A stretch of DNA of 64,000 nt from Felis catus (GCF_018350175.1 NC_058368.1:17920001-17984000), one strand, 5' to 3'; counted from the first letter of the stretch, positions 41,103 to 54,773 are shown. The notes: generated by a model from the sequence alone, not told the origin. Numbers and translations: made by a program.

Positions 41103-41300
41103 CTTTTTTTTATGCTTATTTATTTCTTTTGACAGAGAATGCGCGTGAGCAGGAAGGGCAGAGAAAGAGAGAATCCCCAGCAGGCTCCGTGCTCTCAGCA
41201 TAGAGCCTGATGCAGGGCTTGATCCCACAAACCGTGAGATCATGGCCTGAGCTGAAATCAAGAGTCCGACACTTAACCGACTAAGCCACCCAGGTGCCCC
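41103..41300 (-). mobile_element. CanSINE
   Basis: Reverse-complement SINE; gacttttc on both flanks. Confidence 0.92.
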
Positions 41301-43649
41301 GACTTTTCCTCTTTTCAAAATAAAATAATGACTAACTCAACCTCAGAAAGACTGGTAAAGTGAAAAGAATCCATGTGCTTTCTAGCCAGCTACCTCTCAA
41401 CTTAACTCTCCGATAACTTGCCTTAACTGAACAAAGTCATCGTGTGAGTAGGTACAGGGACAAACCTCTCCCTGCACAAACACCTTCTCCTCTTCATTGG
41501 CTTTTGATCTCGTGAGTGTCATGAGTACCGGATCCTTGGCATGAATCCTGCCCTCCCCTCCCTCTCCGTCCTCATCTACCCACCCTCCCCCGGGCTTTCC
41601 GTCCCGGAGCGCCTCAGAGACCTCCTGCTCACCCAGCTGGATGGCTCTGCCCCTGAGCTTCCCCAGCTGCCATGCCCTCTCCTCCTTCCCCTCGATGCTT
41701 CAAGTCTTAGTTCAAACCTGCATCCTCCAGAAAGTCTTTCTTGGCACCTCATCGAGATCACGACCGTCCATGACGAAACTTTCTTCCTAACATTTATCAG
41801 ACTTGTAGCTTTACGTTCATTTTGGGGGAAGCATCTGATTGACGTTCATCTCTCACACAAAAATTCTAGGTAGACAAGAGCCATACGTTATCATACCAGC
41901 GTTCTATCTCCAGCTAGAACAGAGCCTGACACATAGTGAGCACTTAAAAATCTTTTGTTGAAGATGGATACCCCCTACCAGAGACCTCCACTAGTATTTC
42001 TGAATCTGGGTCCAGACAAAGTGAAGCTGAGAGATGCATGGTGTTGAGGCCACTGGCCACCATGTTTGCATCACACAGAGTCACAAACACAAGCCTGTTT
42101 GCTGGGCTGAAGTAGAAGTCAAAGCGGTAATAAGCAAAGACACACACAGAATGAGTCTAACTGCTGCCCCACAGACCGGGCCCACTTCTTTCTGAAGCCG
42201 GGTGTCAGAACGCGCCTGTGTCCCCTCTCCTTTTCTCAAACTCAACTTGTTTGAGTTGCATTTTGTGACTTCTGGCCAATCAATAAAGATATCATAAAAA
42301 CTTGGAAAAAAAATCACCGGTTGAATAAATGAATGAGAGAAGCACCACTATAGAGTAAATACTTCATACTGTCACACCCAGTGTGACCATACTTTTAAGC
42401 CTTGTAACTACCAGGGCAACTCCCTCTAAAGCTAAAATTGGTATTCTTCCTCAGAACACTTTTAGCAGAATTAATTCTTACTTACTTAGAAGTGACTATA
42501 GAGACTGTAAAGGAATTGGCTGTACCTAAGGATTACAATTTTCCATTTAAATTAGGTTATGCAACAGCAAATGGGAAACATAAAACAAAACACACAAACA
42601 GCAACAAAAATGACATCCTACCATACGTTACATCATAGAAAATGACTCCATTGTAGTTCCTTTCTAGACATGAAAAGAACATGGGAAATCTTATATCCGG
42701 ATCCAAGGCAACTGTGCACACAGAGCAGGGAAGGAGAAATAATGTGGGGAAAATAATACGGGGATAACACGGGAGAAATAATTGGATTGTTCTGGTGGGC
42801 CAACTGTGGCCAAGCATGAGGAAAAGCTATACCAAGTCTGACCACGTACCACTGGCCCTTTCCAGCCACACGTATGCTGGAAAGCCAAGGTCTCGTAGGG
42901 AATCCGGTGTTTCCTGTGTGTGCCCAATCCCATCCAACATCATCGACTGCTATCTGCCACCCATACGGAAGGCACATTCGTGGACGGCTGAGAGAACAAT
43001 CAGGTGATGTCATCATAAGATGATATAAGGAGCATGTGTTTTAGTGAAACTCGAGCTGAGAGGTAGAGATGAAGGTTAACAACCAAGAAAGGTCTGCATC
43101 ACACACAGTGGCTCTCATCAACAAGCATTCTACAGATGAGGATTAGACTTAATCCCAGAATCATGCTATCTTAGAGTTTAAAGGCTATTCTCTTCTTTTC
43201 AAAAATTCAATATGACAAATATATGAAAATTATAAATTACACTGGAATGACAAAACTACATTTCATGTTTCATGGACTTCAGGGCAGTTGATTCAGGGAA
43301 CACAGACAAAAGTCACAGCCAATATTAACTCAGAGGTTATCCCTTGGTTATTCCAAGGGATACATAGTTTCCTTTCTTGTTCTGCCTTAATATGCGAATG
43401 TAACATGACTAACATAAGGGAGGACAGCAATCTATTAGGTCTCCAGGCTGAAACATTCATTTACCACAGGTAACCAATGGCAATTTTCAGCTATAAACAC
43501 GCTGACAATAGCATTCATTTATTTCTTTATAAATGAAATACAGGTATAATTGAAAATGTCAAAAACTTTTCTGAAAATAAGATGTATAAAATCAATCTTA
43601 CATCTACTTATTATTTATGTGTTTATGCACTTATTTCCTGCATGTTTAG

Positions 43650-43862
43650 GAAGAGCTGGGTGGCTCAGTCAGTTAAGCGTCTAACTTTTGGTTTCAACTC
43701 AGGTCATGATCTCACGGTTTGTGAGTTCAAGCCCCACATCCAGCTCTATGGTAACAGCTCAGAGCCAGCTTGGGATTCTCTCTGTTCCTCTCTCTCTCTC
43801 TCTCTGCCTTCCCCAACTCGCACTGTCTCTGTCTCTCCCCAAATAAATAAACTTTAAAAAAA
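43650..43862 (+). mobile_element. CanSINE
   Basis: ctgggtggctcagtcagttaagcg head, (CT)n, A tail. Confidence 0.9.
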
Positions 43863-43873
43863 ATAGCACTTTT

Positions 43874-44105
43874 GGGGTGCCTGGGTGGCTCAGTCAGTTG
43901 AGTGTCCAACTTCGGCTCAGGTCATGATCTCACAGCTGGTGAGTTCGAGCCCCGCGTCGGGCTCTGTGCTGACAGCTGGGAGCCTGGAGCCTGCTTCTGA
44001 TTCTGTGTCTTCCTCTCTCTCTGCCCTTTCCCCATTCATGCTCTGTCTCTCTCTGCCTCTCAAAAATAAACAAACATCAAAAAAAAGTTAATAAAAAAAT
44101 TAAAA
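43874..44105 (+). mobile_element. CanSINE (tandem with the previous copy)
   Basis: ggggtgcctgggtggctcag head, (CT)n, A tail. Confidence 0.92.
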
Positions 44106-44404
44106 ATAACACATCTTGGAAAAGAAAGGGAAAATGTCTGCTTGTAAGAAGCCAGTGAAGTCCAATGACACTGACAGTTACTTTAGCTGTCATCTAAATG
44201 CTCCTCTTCGAAGCCTCCAAATGTGCTGGGCACAGTCAGTAACCCTCATTTACACACAGACGAATGTGCAAAACTTTCTAAGATAGAAATATCCACACTG
44301 TGAAGTTGTATAGTAAATTATATCTGCGTACTGTGGTAACAACAATATTTATTACTTTTTTAAATGTTTTGCTCTGTAAGCAAAAACAGAGCTGCTATAA
44401 TTTA

Positions 44405-44620
44405 TTTAAATTTTTTTTTCAACGTTTATTTATTTTTGGGACAGAGAGAGACAGAGCATGAACGGGGGAGGGGCAGAGAGAGGGAGACACAGAATCGGAA
44501 ACAGGCTCCAGGCTCAGAGCCAGCAGCCCAGAGCCCGACACGGGGCTCGAACTCACGGACCGCGAGATCGTGACCTGGCTGAAGTCGGACGCTTAACTGA
44601 CTGCGCCACCCAGGCGCCCC
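44405..44620 (-). mobile_element. Young felid SINE
   Basis: Perfect 17-bp TSD agagctgctataattta at 44388-44404 and 44621-44637. Confidence 0.96.
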
Positions 44621-44822
44621 AGAGCTGCTATAATTTAAGTCACATTTTCTTGTTTGTTTTTTTTTTTTTAATTTTCTGAGGGACTAGGGAAAAAAAGAAA
44701 ATATCTGGTTTCTTAAATAAACAGAAATACAAAATTACTGAGACATTCACTCATTCATTCATCTATTCGTCTAAAAATTAGGACGGCAAAACCTGTTGAC
44801 CTCTCCCTCAGAAATGTCTTCA

Positions 44823-45034
44823 GGGGCGCCTGCTGGCTCAGTTGGTTAAAGCGTCTGACTCTTGATTTCAGCTCAGGCCATGATCTCACGGTTTGGGAGT
44901 TCGAGCCCCACATCAGGCTCCGCATCGACAGCTCAGAGCCTGCTTGGGATTCTCTCTCTCTCCCTCTCTCTTTGCCCCTCCCCCATGCGTGCTCTCTCTC
45001 AAAATAAATAAACACTAAAAAAAGAAAGAAAGAA
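44823..45034 (+). mobile_element. CanSINE
   Basis: 13-bp TSD agaaatgtcttca at 44810-44822 and 45035-45047. Confidence 0.94.
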
Positions 45035-46360
45035 AGAAATGTCTTCAAACTCTTGTTCCCTGTATTCCCACAGCTTCAGTGAGGCTCTCACCACCTCTGG
45101 CTAAGACTGCAACTATGGGCTTCTCAGTGCCTTTCCTTGGTGTTTGTGATTCTCCAAATCAATCTTACTCCTCATTGCGATTAGATTATAGATTATATAG
45201 CTCCTAAGTCAATTCTACCCGCAACCACTCAAAAGCTTGAGTTTAGTTGAGTATGGAATCCGTACCGTAGAACAGAAACGAGGACTCGCACAGCCTGGCT
45301 CCATGTGTCCTCTCCACTTGTGTCCTTTGTCACAGCATACCTGCCCCACCCCATATAGTCTGCTCCCGTTCCCTGAACTCACATCAGATCTTTTCACACC
45401 TCTTTGGCTTCGAGAACTTGATGATCCCCCTGCCTGAGGGCCCAGGAAGTTTTCCCCTCGTAACTTCAAACCCAGCTCAACGAGCACCTGTGCTATGAGC
45501 CCTTTGCAGACCCCTCCCCCCCCAGTCAGGCCATTCCCTGTGCTGTGCCCCTCCAGCATCTGTTCATGCTTCAGTGCACTCCAGTCTTCTCGATTAAACA
45601 TCTGTGATTTTTGTCTATTCACCACAAATCCCAAAAGTTCACAGTAGGACATGATCTTCCACTTGCCTGAGGCAGGAATTTGAATTATGTATTGTATTTT
45701 AGCGAGGGTCCAACTGAGGACGCAGAAGCCATCCTGAGGTGTGTCAAACACAGACAATTTACTATAGCACAGGAAACTGGTGACACAGATGATGGAAGAG
45801 CTAAAAAGCCAAACAGGAGAAAAAGAGGTGACCCGGAAAGTGGCAAGAGCAGGAAACTGCTGCTATCCACTAAATTGGGGTGATACTGGGAGAAGATGGC
45901 ATTACCAGCGACTAGAAGAACTGGGCTAGGGTAGGATTATCGCAGTGGCTTCCCAACAGATGCTGGAGCCAGGAAAGGCAGGGCATTCCAGGAGAAGAGA
46001 CAACTGCTACCAAAGACACTGCCCAAGGAGGAGCCAGAGAGGGAGAAATATCCTGGCTTCTCCCTGCTTCCCGTCTCCCAAAAGCTCCTTCCACTGGCTG
46101 CAACTACCCAGTTGCCGGGTGTCGAGGCTTCTGGGAAGTGTGGACTCCCATAATAGATAGCCAAGCGGGAGAAGGGCACAATGGAGAATAACTGGCACAC
46201 GGTCGTGAGGCTGGCAAGTACCTGGTTTGGCTGCTGAATGAGTCTCACCAGCAAACAGCTATATTCAACAAAACTCAGAAGTATATATAGGTATCATGAG
46301 TCCTTTGTATAGTAACTACAATTTACATGTTGGTTTCCTCCATAAGACTGTGAACTTCTT

Positions 46361-47080
46361 GGTTCCTCAAAAAATTAAAAATAGAAATACACACGACCCA
46401 GTAATTCCACTGCTAGGTGTTTACCCAAAGAAAACAAAATCATTAATTCAAAGAGATATATGCACCCCTATGTTTCCTGAAGCATTATTTACAACAGCCA
46501 AGATATGGAAGCAGCCTAAGTGTCCATCAATAGATGAACAGATAAAGAAGATGTGGCAAATATACATGATGGAATATTACCGAGTCATAAAAAAGAATGA
46601 AATCTTCCCGTTTGTGCCAACATGCATAGACCTAAGGGACACTGTGCTAAGTGAATTAAGTCAGACAAAGAAAGACAAATATCATATAATTTCACTTATA
46701 TATGGAATATAAAAATACAAATAAACAAGCAAAAAAAAAACAAAACAAACAAACAAACAAACAAAAAGACTCATAAATACAAAGAACAAACTTTCCCCTT
46801 TTGCCAGAGGGGAGGTAGATGCGTGGGGACAGGTGAAATAGACACAAAGATTAAGAAACACAAATTTCCAGTTATAAAATAAACAAGTCAAGGGGAAGAA
46901 AAGTACAGCATAAGGAATATAGTCAATAATACTATAATAACGTTGTTTGATGACAGATGATAACTACACTTATCGTGGGGAGCACTGTGTAATATATAGA
47001 ATTGTCAAATCACTATGTTGTACACTTGAAGCTAATAGAACTTTGTTAATTATACTTCAATAAAAAAAACGAATAAAAAA
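46361..47080 (+). mobile_element. 5'-truncated L1 (ORF2 end, 3' UTR, A tail)
   Basis: ORF HDPVIPLLGVYPKKTKSLIQRDICTPMF...WKQPKCPSIDEQIKKMW; degenerate TSD aagactgt...cttctt at 46344-46360 and 47081-47097. Confidence 0.9.
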
Positions 47081-47342
47081 AAGACTGTAGGCTTCTTAAA
47101 AGCAGGAACCTTATCTCAGTTCTATTCCAACAGTTAGCACATTATTTGGCATATAACAGGCACTCAGTACTCTTAAATGCCCATAAACACTAATCCCCTG
47201 GATTTACAACGTATTTTAACTCAACATTTCCCAAAGCTTACTCTGTTGCCCATTAATTCAAAGAGATCTTATTGCCTATTACAGGTTAGTAGGACTCTGC
47301 CATTCCCAAATAAGTTTGTGAGCACAGTGTGAAGCAAAGCTA

Positions 47343-47683
47343 GTATCTTGGTCCATTGAGGCTTCAAGAACACAATACCACAGACTGAATGGCTTATAAA
47401 CACAAGAAATGTATTTCTCACAGTCGCAGAGGCTGGTAGTCCAAAATTAAAGTGCCAGTGCAGTTGGGTGGGGGCCCTCTTCCCACTGGATCCTCACAGA
47501 AGCACAAGGAGCAAGGAAGCTCTCCGGGATTTCTTTGATAGCAGCATTAATCTCATTCAGGACAGCTCCACCCTCGGGAGACCTGGTCACCTCCCAAGGG
47601 CCCCACCTCCTACCACCGTCACTTTGGGTATTAGGATTTCAACAGGTGAATTTGGTGGGGGACAAAATTTTCAGACCCATAGC
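47343..47683 (-). mobile_element. MLT1A-like solo LTR (ERVL-MaLR)
   Basis: aataccacagactgaatggcttataaac..tttctcacag..gaggctgg...gggtattaggatttcaaca..gaatttg..cagacccatagca; reverse complement begins TGCTATGG like MLT1A. Confidence 0.75.
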
Positions 47684-49372
47684 AGCTGGTTTCTTCATTG
47701 CAGAAAATAAAGCTCGCTCCAAGCTTTTACAATGTGCTTGAAGAGAGAGTTGCATTCTGCAGCATCATTTCAACAGAGATGACTAACATTATGCAGGTTC
47801 ATCAGAAGGAGACATTGCTTCAAATGCCTTCACATTGATGGCATTATTTTATTTCACCTCTGAAATAATTCTGTGAAGTAGGGAAGAACAAGGTCAGACC
47901 TTAAAGATAAAAATGTTGCTAATAAATAATTGAAACTAAGTAATACGTCAAGTGTTCATTGAACATAGAAGATGTCATTTACTATTCTAGTTACTGTAGG
48001 ACTAGAAGAAAATTATAAATCTTAGTTCCTGTTCCAGTTGACGACATAAGACATACAAGAAAAACGGAGAACCGTTTTTATCGGTCCCCCGATAATTAGT
48101 CAGCAATATCAATGCACCAGAACCAGAGCGATGTTGAATCTAACCTCCTGATCGTCTAAAAATAACCATTCAGAAGTTTCTGGGAAATCCATAGAGCCCA
48201 TCCGAGACATCTAGATAGAAGTCTATTTGTTTCCATCACAAACACTTCAAAGACGAAGACTGACAACGTCTAACATTATCTTTCATTTCTATAGAAAGAC
48301 ACAAGGTCTTTGGTTTTGTTATCTAAGAAGTGTGTGCTCTGGAAATACCATTATCTTTAGCCTTAACAAGGGATTATTACAAAGGCTTCTAACAATGGGG
48401 TACTTACACTAGAAAACTCAGCCAGCATGTAAGAATGAAAGGTAGCACTCTTCTGTTAAATAATTGTTAAAAGACATCGGTCAGATGTTTTGGCACTCTC
48501 CCCTAATGGCCTCTCTACTGCATATTACATTATTAACAGTAACCTGTAATTGTTATTTGAGAATTGGCAACCAGTTGCTCTGTCAAATCTACAGGTGGTT
48601 TTATTGTCCTACAAGCATAAACAGGACAAAGGAAACAAGAAAAATATTCGCCTATGTTAAGAGATACACTATGCAAAACGGTCAGATATTCTGAATTCTA
48701 CATATAATACAAGGTGGAATTTCAATTAACACTTTATTATGGTGACAGCCTTCACAGCACAAACAATAACTGATGGGTAACTTTGGGTGCCACTCTCTAA
48801 AATTCAGTTTTCTCGCAAAAGAATGAAGAATAAAGAATAAATTGTGAAAAAGAATAAACTGCCTGCCTCAACAGGGTAAAATGAGAACTGAGTAAGTTCC
48901 AGAGTACTGGTCCCTTCAGGGTGCTAAAGTGAGTTAGCTAAACACTTAATACTATACCCTCCGCCTTCCCCTCGGGAGATTGGTAATAGACAACACGCTG
49001 AATGCCCTGTGATTTCTGCTGTACTGAAATGGATTAACTCTCCATAACCAACTGTTTCTCAAATCCACGTGTTCCTATTTGCTTTTTCCTGTTAACATCT
49101 ATTGGAACACCCAGGAATCGGTGTCCCTGAGAACACACTGGAGGGTGATAACTTAAGTAAAAAAAAAAAAAAAAAGAGTTTTAATGACATCCGCGAATAA
49201 ATTTTGAACCTGATGCCGGTATTCTTTCTGACTACAACCACCACACACAACAAGGCAGTCTTGCCAAGCTGGAGGTAGCTGGAGAGGTCAAGTGCTCACC
49301 GTGCACTAATGATAACTGTACATACGGCGGGCAATGTATTTGTGATAACATGTAGGATGACAGAAAGTTCTC

Positions 49373-49376
<4 letters not shown>

Positions 49377-49416
<40 letters not shown>
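49377..49416. repeat. (GT)20 microsatellite
   Basis: Perfect GT run. Confidence 0.95.
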
Positions 49417-49418
<2 letters not shown>

Positions 49419-50271
49419 AATAGGAATGGTTTTGAATCCTGTTCCTCGGCTTGCTTTCTTTGTGAATAACAGCATGCTTTTTACATGACAGCTAACCAAT
49501 CTGCAATCTCCTCATTAGAGAGGCTAACTAACCCATACTAACCCTGGCCTCAGTGTTGTCTAGCTATGGCTATGTTAGCTGGGAAGGAAGTTAAAGATCA
49601 AATGACTCTCTTAGAAAGACTCTACTCCGCATAAAGTAAATAAAGATTTGGACCCTGTCGAAAACACCAATCTAAATAATTCTAGGGAAAAAGTCTAGCG
49701 TGGCTGCTAACATGATAGACTCAAGAGCAATGGATAACTCCTTATTGCGTCATTTTAATGAATTGTTACCATCAGTATTTTTTTCCTCAGAAATACAAAC
49801 TCAGGAGATAAAAACCTGTAATTCAAAACAGGTAACAACCGAGCACACTTGTCAGTAAGGAAAGATTTTAGCACACCCAGCAGAACACAAGCCAGCAACA
49901 ACGCACTTGTAGGCCAAAGGGTGCAAACGCAGCACAGGAGAGGATAGCAGGTTCCTAATTTGCAGGTGGAGCCACCAATGAAAATAGTCCTCATCTAAGC
50001 AAAGCGTGGAAAGATTTGGTTTTTCTGCTTTCTGAGTACACGCGGGGCTGACTGTCCACCAGGAACACCAAAATCTATAAGATCAGGGAGAACACAGCTA
50101 TAAACTGGTCTGTTCCTACACTACTTGTGATAATTTGCTGCTCGTATCATGTTGTCCCCAAAATAACTCTGGATAGAAAGAGATTGATCATTCATCCTTA
50201 GCTCAATGGTGGATGTAAGTCTATGCCCCAATACTAGTATCACATGAGGTCTGAAGTGAATAAAATTAGCT

Positions 50272-50450
50272 CATGTTTCTCAAAATGTGGCCTGGGGACT
50301 GACCATGTGTGTTCTGGAACCTCTGGGGAGTCTGTTAAAAGTGCTTCACCTGGACGCCACCCAGACCTACCAAATCAGACTCTCGGGGACAAAGGAGGAC
50401 CCCCCACAAGAAATAAAAGTCCTTAGGGAATTTTAGGCCCACTAGAGAAT
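50272..50450. mobile_element. MER5-family relic
   Basis: tttctcaaaatgtgg...tgttaaaa...ccacccagacctaccaaatcagactct. Confidence 0.55.
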
Positions 50451-51535
50451 TAAAAGAATATTGTATTGAATTTTGATGTCAATTATGGATATGGAAAACT
50501 TGTAAGCTTCATGAGAAGGTCTGAAAACCATGAAAAACTTCCCAAATTAAGCCTTAAAAGACATGTTCTTCTGGGGGTGAGGGGACAGTATGTAAAACAA
50601 GAAAACTGGTGGCAATGACCATTTTAAAATATAATCTTAAAACATTAAATGCAAACAAAATCTGGTGTTTTAGATTTTATAAAAGACCAGCTAATTCACT
50701 GACATCCCTGCCTGCAACAAATCCAGGGCTCAGAGTAGATGGCCCCTGTGGCATTCGTTTTGGCCCCTCGCTCCTTCCCGGTGGCAAAGCCCGGCCCATG
50801 CTGCCGCACTGACTAGCCTCCATCTGGACCTTGTTCGTCTTTAAGAGTGATGCATGTGGGAGGTGAGACGTGGTCTGTGGCCCTGGAAAGTACTACTCTT
50901 CAGCAAGAGCGCATCATCTTTTTCCCTTGAGATGCCTAAGACCAGGAGAACTTGACCTTCCTCACAGCCCATTGGGGCGCCATCTTGCCTACGGGCAGAA
51001 GCTCTTACTGGCTGGTTCCTGATGTCCTCCTGGCCTAGTCTTTCTGCTTTTGCAAGAAATACACAGCTTTATGGAGCTGGCCAAGGGCTGTCTTCGCGCA
51101 TCTCTCCAGTCTGCAGTAGAGCCTTCACATCTTTTAATTAGCAATTCATTACTGAGACTCTACCGCAGGAAAACTACAGAGGGTGTATTGAGTTCTTACT
51201 TTGAGTTCTCCATCTATAAAATCTTGGCATATGGCAATGGTAAATAAATGAATATATATGTACATATTATGTAATGGACATATTGTAATTATGACATGTA
51301 TATAATATGCATTAAGAGAGAACCTCAGGAAAACAATTTTCTGTGACAAAAACACAGACAGGTACAACAAGAATGTCCTCGGCCAATACCACGCTGCAGA
51401 GGTAGTTGTCTTTCCATAGCCCAATTAGAGAGGTTTATATCAGATTATAACATAACTAAACATTAACTAAGTTCTGGGAGTCAAGCATCTACCAGAATTC
51501 ACATTTTTCTAAAGTACGAAATGGTTAACTTAGAA

Positions 51536-51935
51536 CAGGGTTCTCAAGATATAGGCTCAGAACCAGCATCATCTGGAAACCTGATAGAAATGTAAAGTAT
51601 CAGGCTCCCCACCAAACCTACCCAAATCAGGAACTCCTGGGCGGGCCCCAGCGATCTGTATTTTAAAAAAAATTTTTTTAATGTTTATTGATTTTTGAGA
51701 TAGACAGAGACAGAGCAGGAACAGGGGAGGGTCAGAGAGTGAGGGAGACACAGAATCCGAAACAGGCTCCAGGCTCTGAGCTGTCAGCACAGAGCCCGAC
51801 GCGGGGCTCGAACCCACGAACCGTGAGATCATGACCTGAGCTGAAGTCGGATGCTTAACCGACTGAGCCATCCAGACGCCCCCGTATTTTAAAAGCCCTG
51901 GCTGATCCTGATGCATGGCCAAGTTTGAGAACTGT
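51536..51935. mobile_element. MER5A-like DNA transposon split by a SINE
   Basis: ggttctcaa...cagcatcatctggaaac..tagaaatg...atctgtattttaa [SINE] ...tgatcctgatgca..aagtttgagaac. Confidence 0.75.
51669..51883 (-). mobile_element. CanSINE nested in MER5A
   Basis: TSD gtattttaaaa at 51658-51668 and 51884-51894. Confidence 0.94.
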
Positions 51936-52811
51936 AGACTCAGAACTCAAGACACCTCACCGGGACTTTACAGTGTTGGTTGGGGGTGCTGAACAGAGGA
52001 GTACAGTAGTTAGCAATCCACAAGGTGTAACTTAAAGGACAGCTAAGAGTCCTGCCTGCTCCCTGAGCTGGGCTAACAAGTCTCTGGATTTCTTAAAATC
52101 AGAGCAGCTTCTTTCAGTTAAGACTGTCACTAAAAAGTCACCATGCCCATTAATATGCCAACACTCATCATTTATCTTATTCCTTAGCTGTCACTAGACA
52201 GATAGCCCTAAAGAAAGGAAGGCATGATGTGGCATATCGTAAGACAAGTCAGGTTCAAAGTGGAGCAAGGGAAGGAGAGTCGCAAGCCCTCATCCTAAAG
52301 GGTGACAGACAGGTCCAGGTGGAACCCTATCGTGAAGAGGCTCCGGAAAGGCAATGGTGCTTTCCGCACACAGAGAAAGGGACACTCACAGAAATACTTC
52401 GTCATCATTACTGTCTTCAGCAGCACTTAACTATCAATTAGCTGAGAAGATGGTCTCCCTGGCTTCTTAGAAAAGAACACCTGCCAAACGGAAAAGGTCG
52501 CTGCTTGCTACAGAGGAGCACTCTATACCCACTTTACACACATATGTGACGAGCATTCAAGCTAAATGTGGCCTGATATAAATTTGGGACTCCCTTCAGT
52601 GCCCCTTCGGTACAGCAGCAGCAATTTCCGAAGACAAAATCAACACACCCAGATCCCGACATTCACAATCACCTGTTACAGAATCTTACAGGCACAGCTA
52701 ACATGTCTTTACGATGTTCCCCCATGCTTCTATTCACAGAGCGCGTCAATAAGGTATTTTCCTGACACATGTATCAAAAAGTGTGATACTAACATTTAAA
52801 ACTTCGGTTGA

Positions 52812-53035
52812 GGGGTGCCTGGGTGGCGCAGTCGGTTAAGCGTCCGACTTCAGCCAGGTCACGATATCGCAGTCCGTGAGTTCAAGCCCCGCGTCAGGCT
52901 CTGGGCTGATGGCTCAGAGCCTGGAGCCTGTTTCCGATTCTGTGTCTCCCTCTCTCTCTGCCCCTCCCCCGTTCATGCTCTGTCTCTCTCTGTCCCAAAA
53001 ATAAATAAACGTTGAAAAAAAATAATAAAATAAAA
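52812..53035 (+). mobile_element. Young felid SINE
   Basis: Perfect 15-bp TSD taaaacttcggttga at 52797-52811 and 53036-53050. Confidence 0.96.
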
Positions 53036-54536
53036 TAAAACTTCGGTTGAAGTACTTCATGACCACAACAGTACTGAAAAGCAAAGCACATAATTTTATA
53101 TTCAACAACGAAACCCAACATGAAAACGTCTCTTTTCTCATTGCGCCATAACCATCCTGCATGCGTGGAACCATTTTTATTATACATTATATTTCTCAAG
53201 GGCTCTCTGCATGCCTTTTAAAAGCTCGAGTGAGGGCAAAACTCGACCGAGACCAGGCTTTAAAAATTACGACAGAAATATGACTTAAAAATGGAAGACG
53301 AAGATGTGGCGATTCAAGTTTATGTACAAGTTGCCGTAAGAAAAGCACAAGTCATTGATTCCTTGATGTCCTCCTCCTATAGGGAGCAAATGTCTACGCA
53401 ACAGTCCGATCTTGTGTTGCTCTGGCAGCTGACAGGTGACATTTGAACCTCTAACCAACCGTAGCAAGACAATTCAAAATTAAGGTTGACACTTTGTCCT
53501 TTAACGAGTTCCAAAGTACTGCAGGGGTTTTACTGCCTGATGTTACACCATATGTGCAAACTCCAGACACAGCAGGCAGGGTGAAGCAGGACGCCTCTGT
53601 ACTTTGCCATTCTCCCGCTTCCTGTTGTTTTTGGAGCAACCCTAACTTTAGCTAAACATAACCCTTCTGGGTGAATCATTTTCAGTAAGAGAGTCCGCCT
53701 TATAGCAGAGTACCCTGGATGCTGACTCTATTTCTGAAGCGCGGCCGTCTATGGAATTGAGAGAGCCCACTGGCTTGGGGTCTGGCAGTCTTTATGAAAC
53801 CTATTTCGTGAAAACTTTCATAAAACAAAATTACTTGCCACTCAGGTTTTTATGAATAAAGCCCCAAACAATGATGGAAGGAGTAACAGGAAAAATTCTT
53901 TTTGAAGCTTTTTTTTTTCCCCCAACTAGCCGAACATTAAGTGATAGTGATTCATGCAGTTTTCAAAACGTTTTCCATCCCTCAAGCTGTTTTGTAATTC
54001 TAAACGCACTGTTATCTTGAGTAATGGGATGTATTTACTTACTTGTGCCCTCAAGAGGTTCGAATCAGAAAAAAAACTCTTTTAGGTTTTACATTCATAA
54101 TTATTTTTTTTTGCCAGATATGAGAAATATATATGAGAAACGAGAGAGTACCAACTGCGAACTATATCCTTAGCTTAATGTCAGTAACTCTTGCCATGCA
54201 GAGTTCATGAAAAGCACGTACAAAGCGTGGGGGGAGAGGGAAGGTCCTTTTAAAAACACACATAACTTCTCCAACGATCTTTCCCCTGGAGTTTTCTGTA
54301 AAATAGAACATGTAGCTCTGTATCATTCCAAAAAATCTATATGGAACTTAGAGAGGGAAGCATAAATCATGGGTCTCAGATTCACTTCCTGTTGCCTTCC
54401 TTCGTTATACAGTTAAAGCTGATCAATAAAAACTGATCTGGCTTTGTAAGCATTTTCCTGTTCTTCCAGAAATAATGGCAGTCCCTGCCCTAAAATGAAG
54501 GCAAACTGAAAAGTAATATTTACTTTACTAATTTAC

Positions 54537-54773
54537 TAATTAAGCCTATAGCTGTATCCGTAGCATAGTGGAATCCAGAGTTGTTCATGTTAAACTGATC
54601 TCTCGTGTAAAGCAGTAATCATTTGTTTAGAAATACAGTTTAAGATTGAGCAAGGGTCAGTTTTACACCCACCGAAGAGTATTGAGGGCTCATGACAACA
54701 ATGTTGAATCAAAAACTTTTCTACTTTTCTGGGAAGTCTTCAACTCTAAAGACCTGAAGATGCCAGTAAGACA
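54537..54773 (+). repeat. 237-bp direct duplication, copy 1
   Basis: Ungapped match to 55775-56011 with 8 substitutions by manual alignment. Confidence 0.95.

Noticed and set aside
45215..45757. 180-aa minus-strand ORF
   Set aside because: No recognisable homology, and it appears to overlap decayed L2-like sequence; consistent with a chance ORF.
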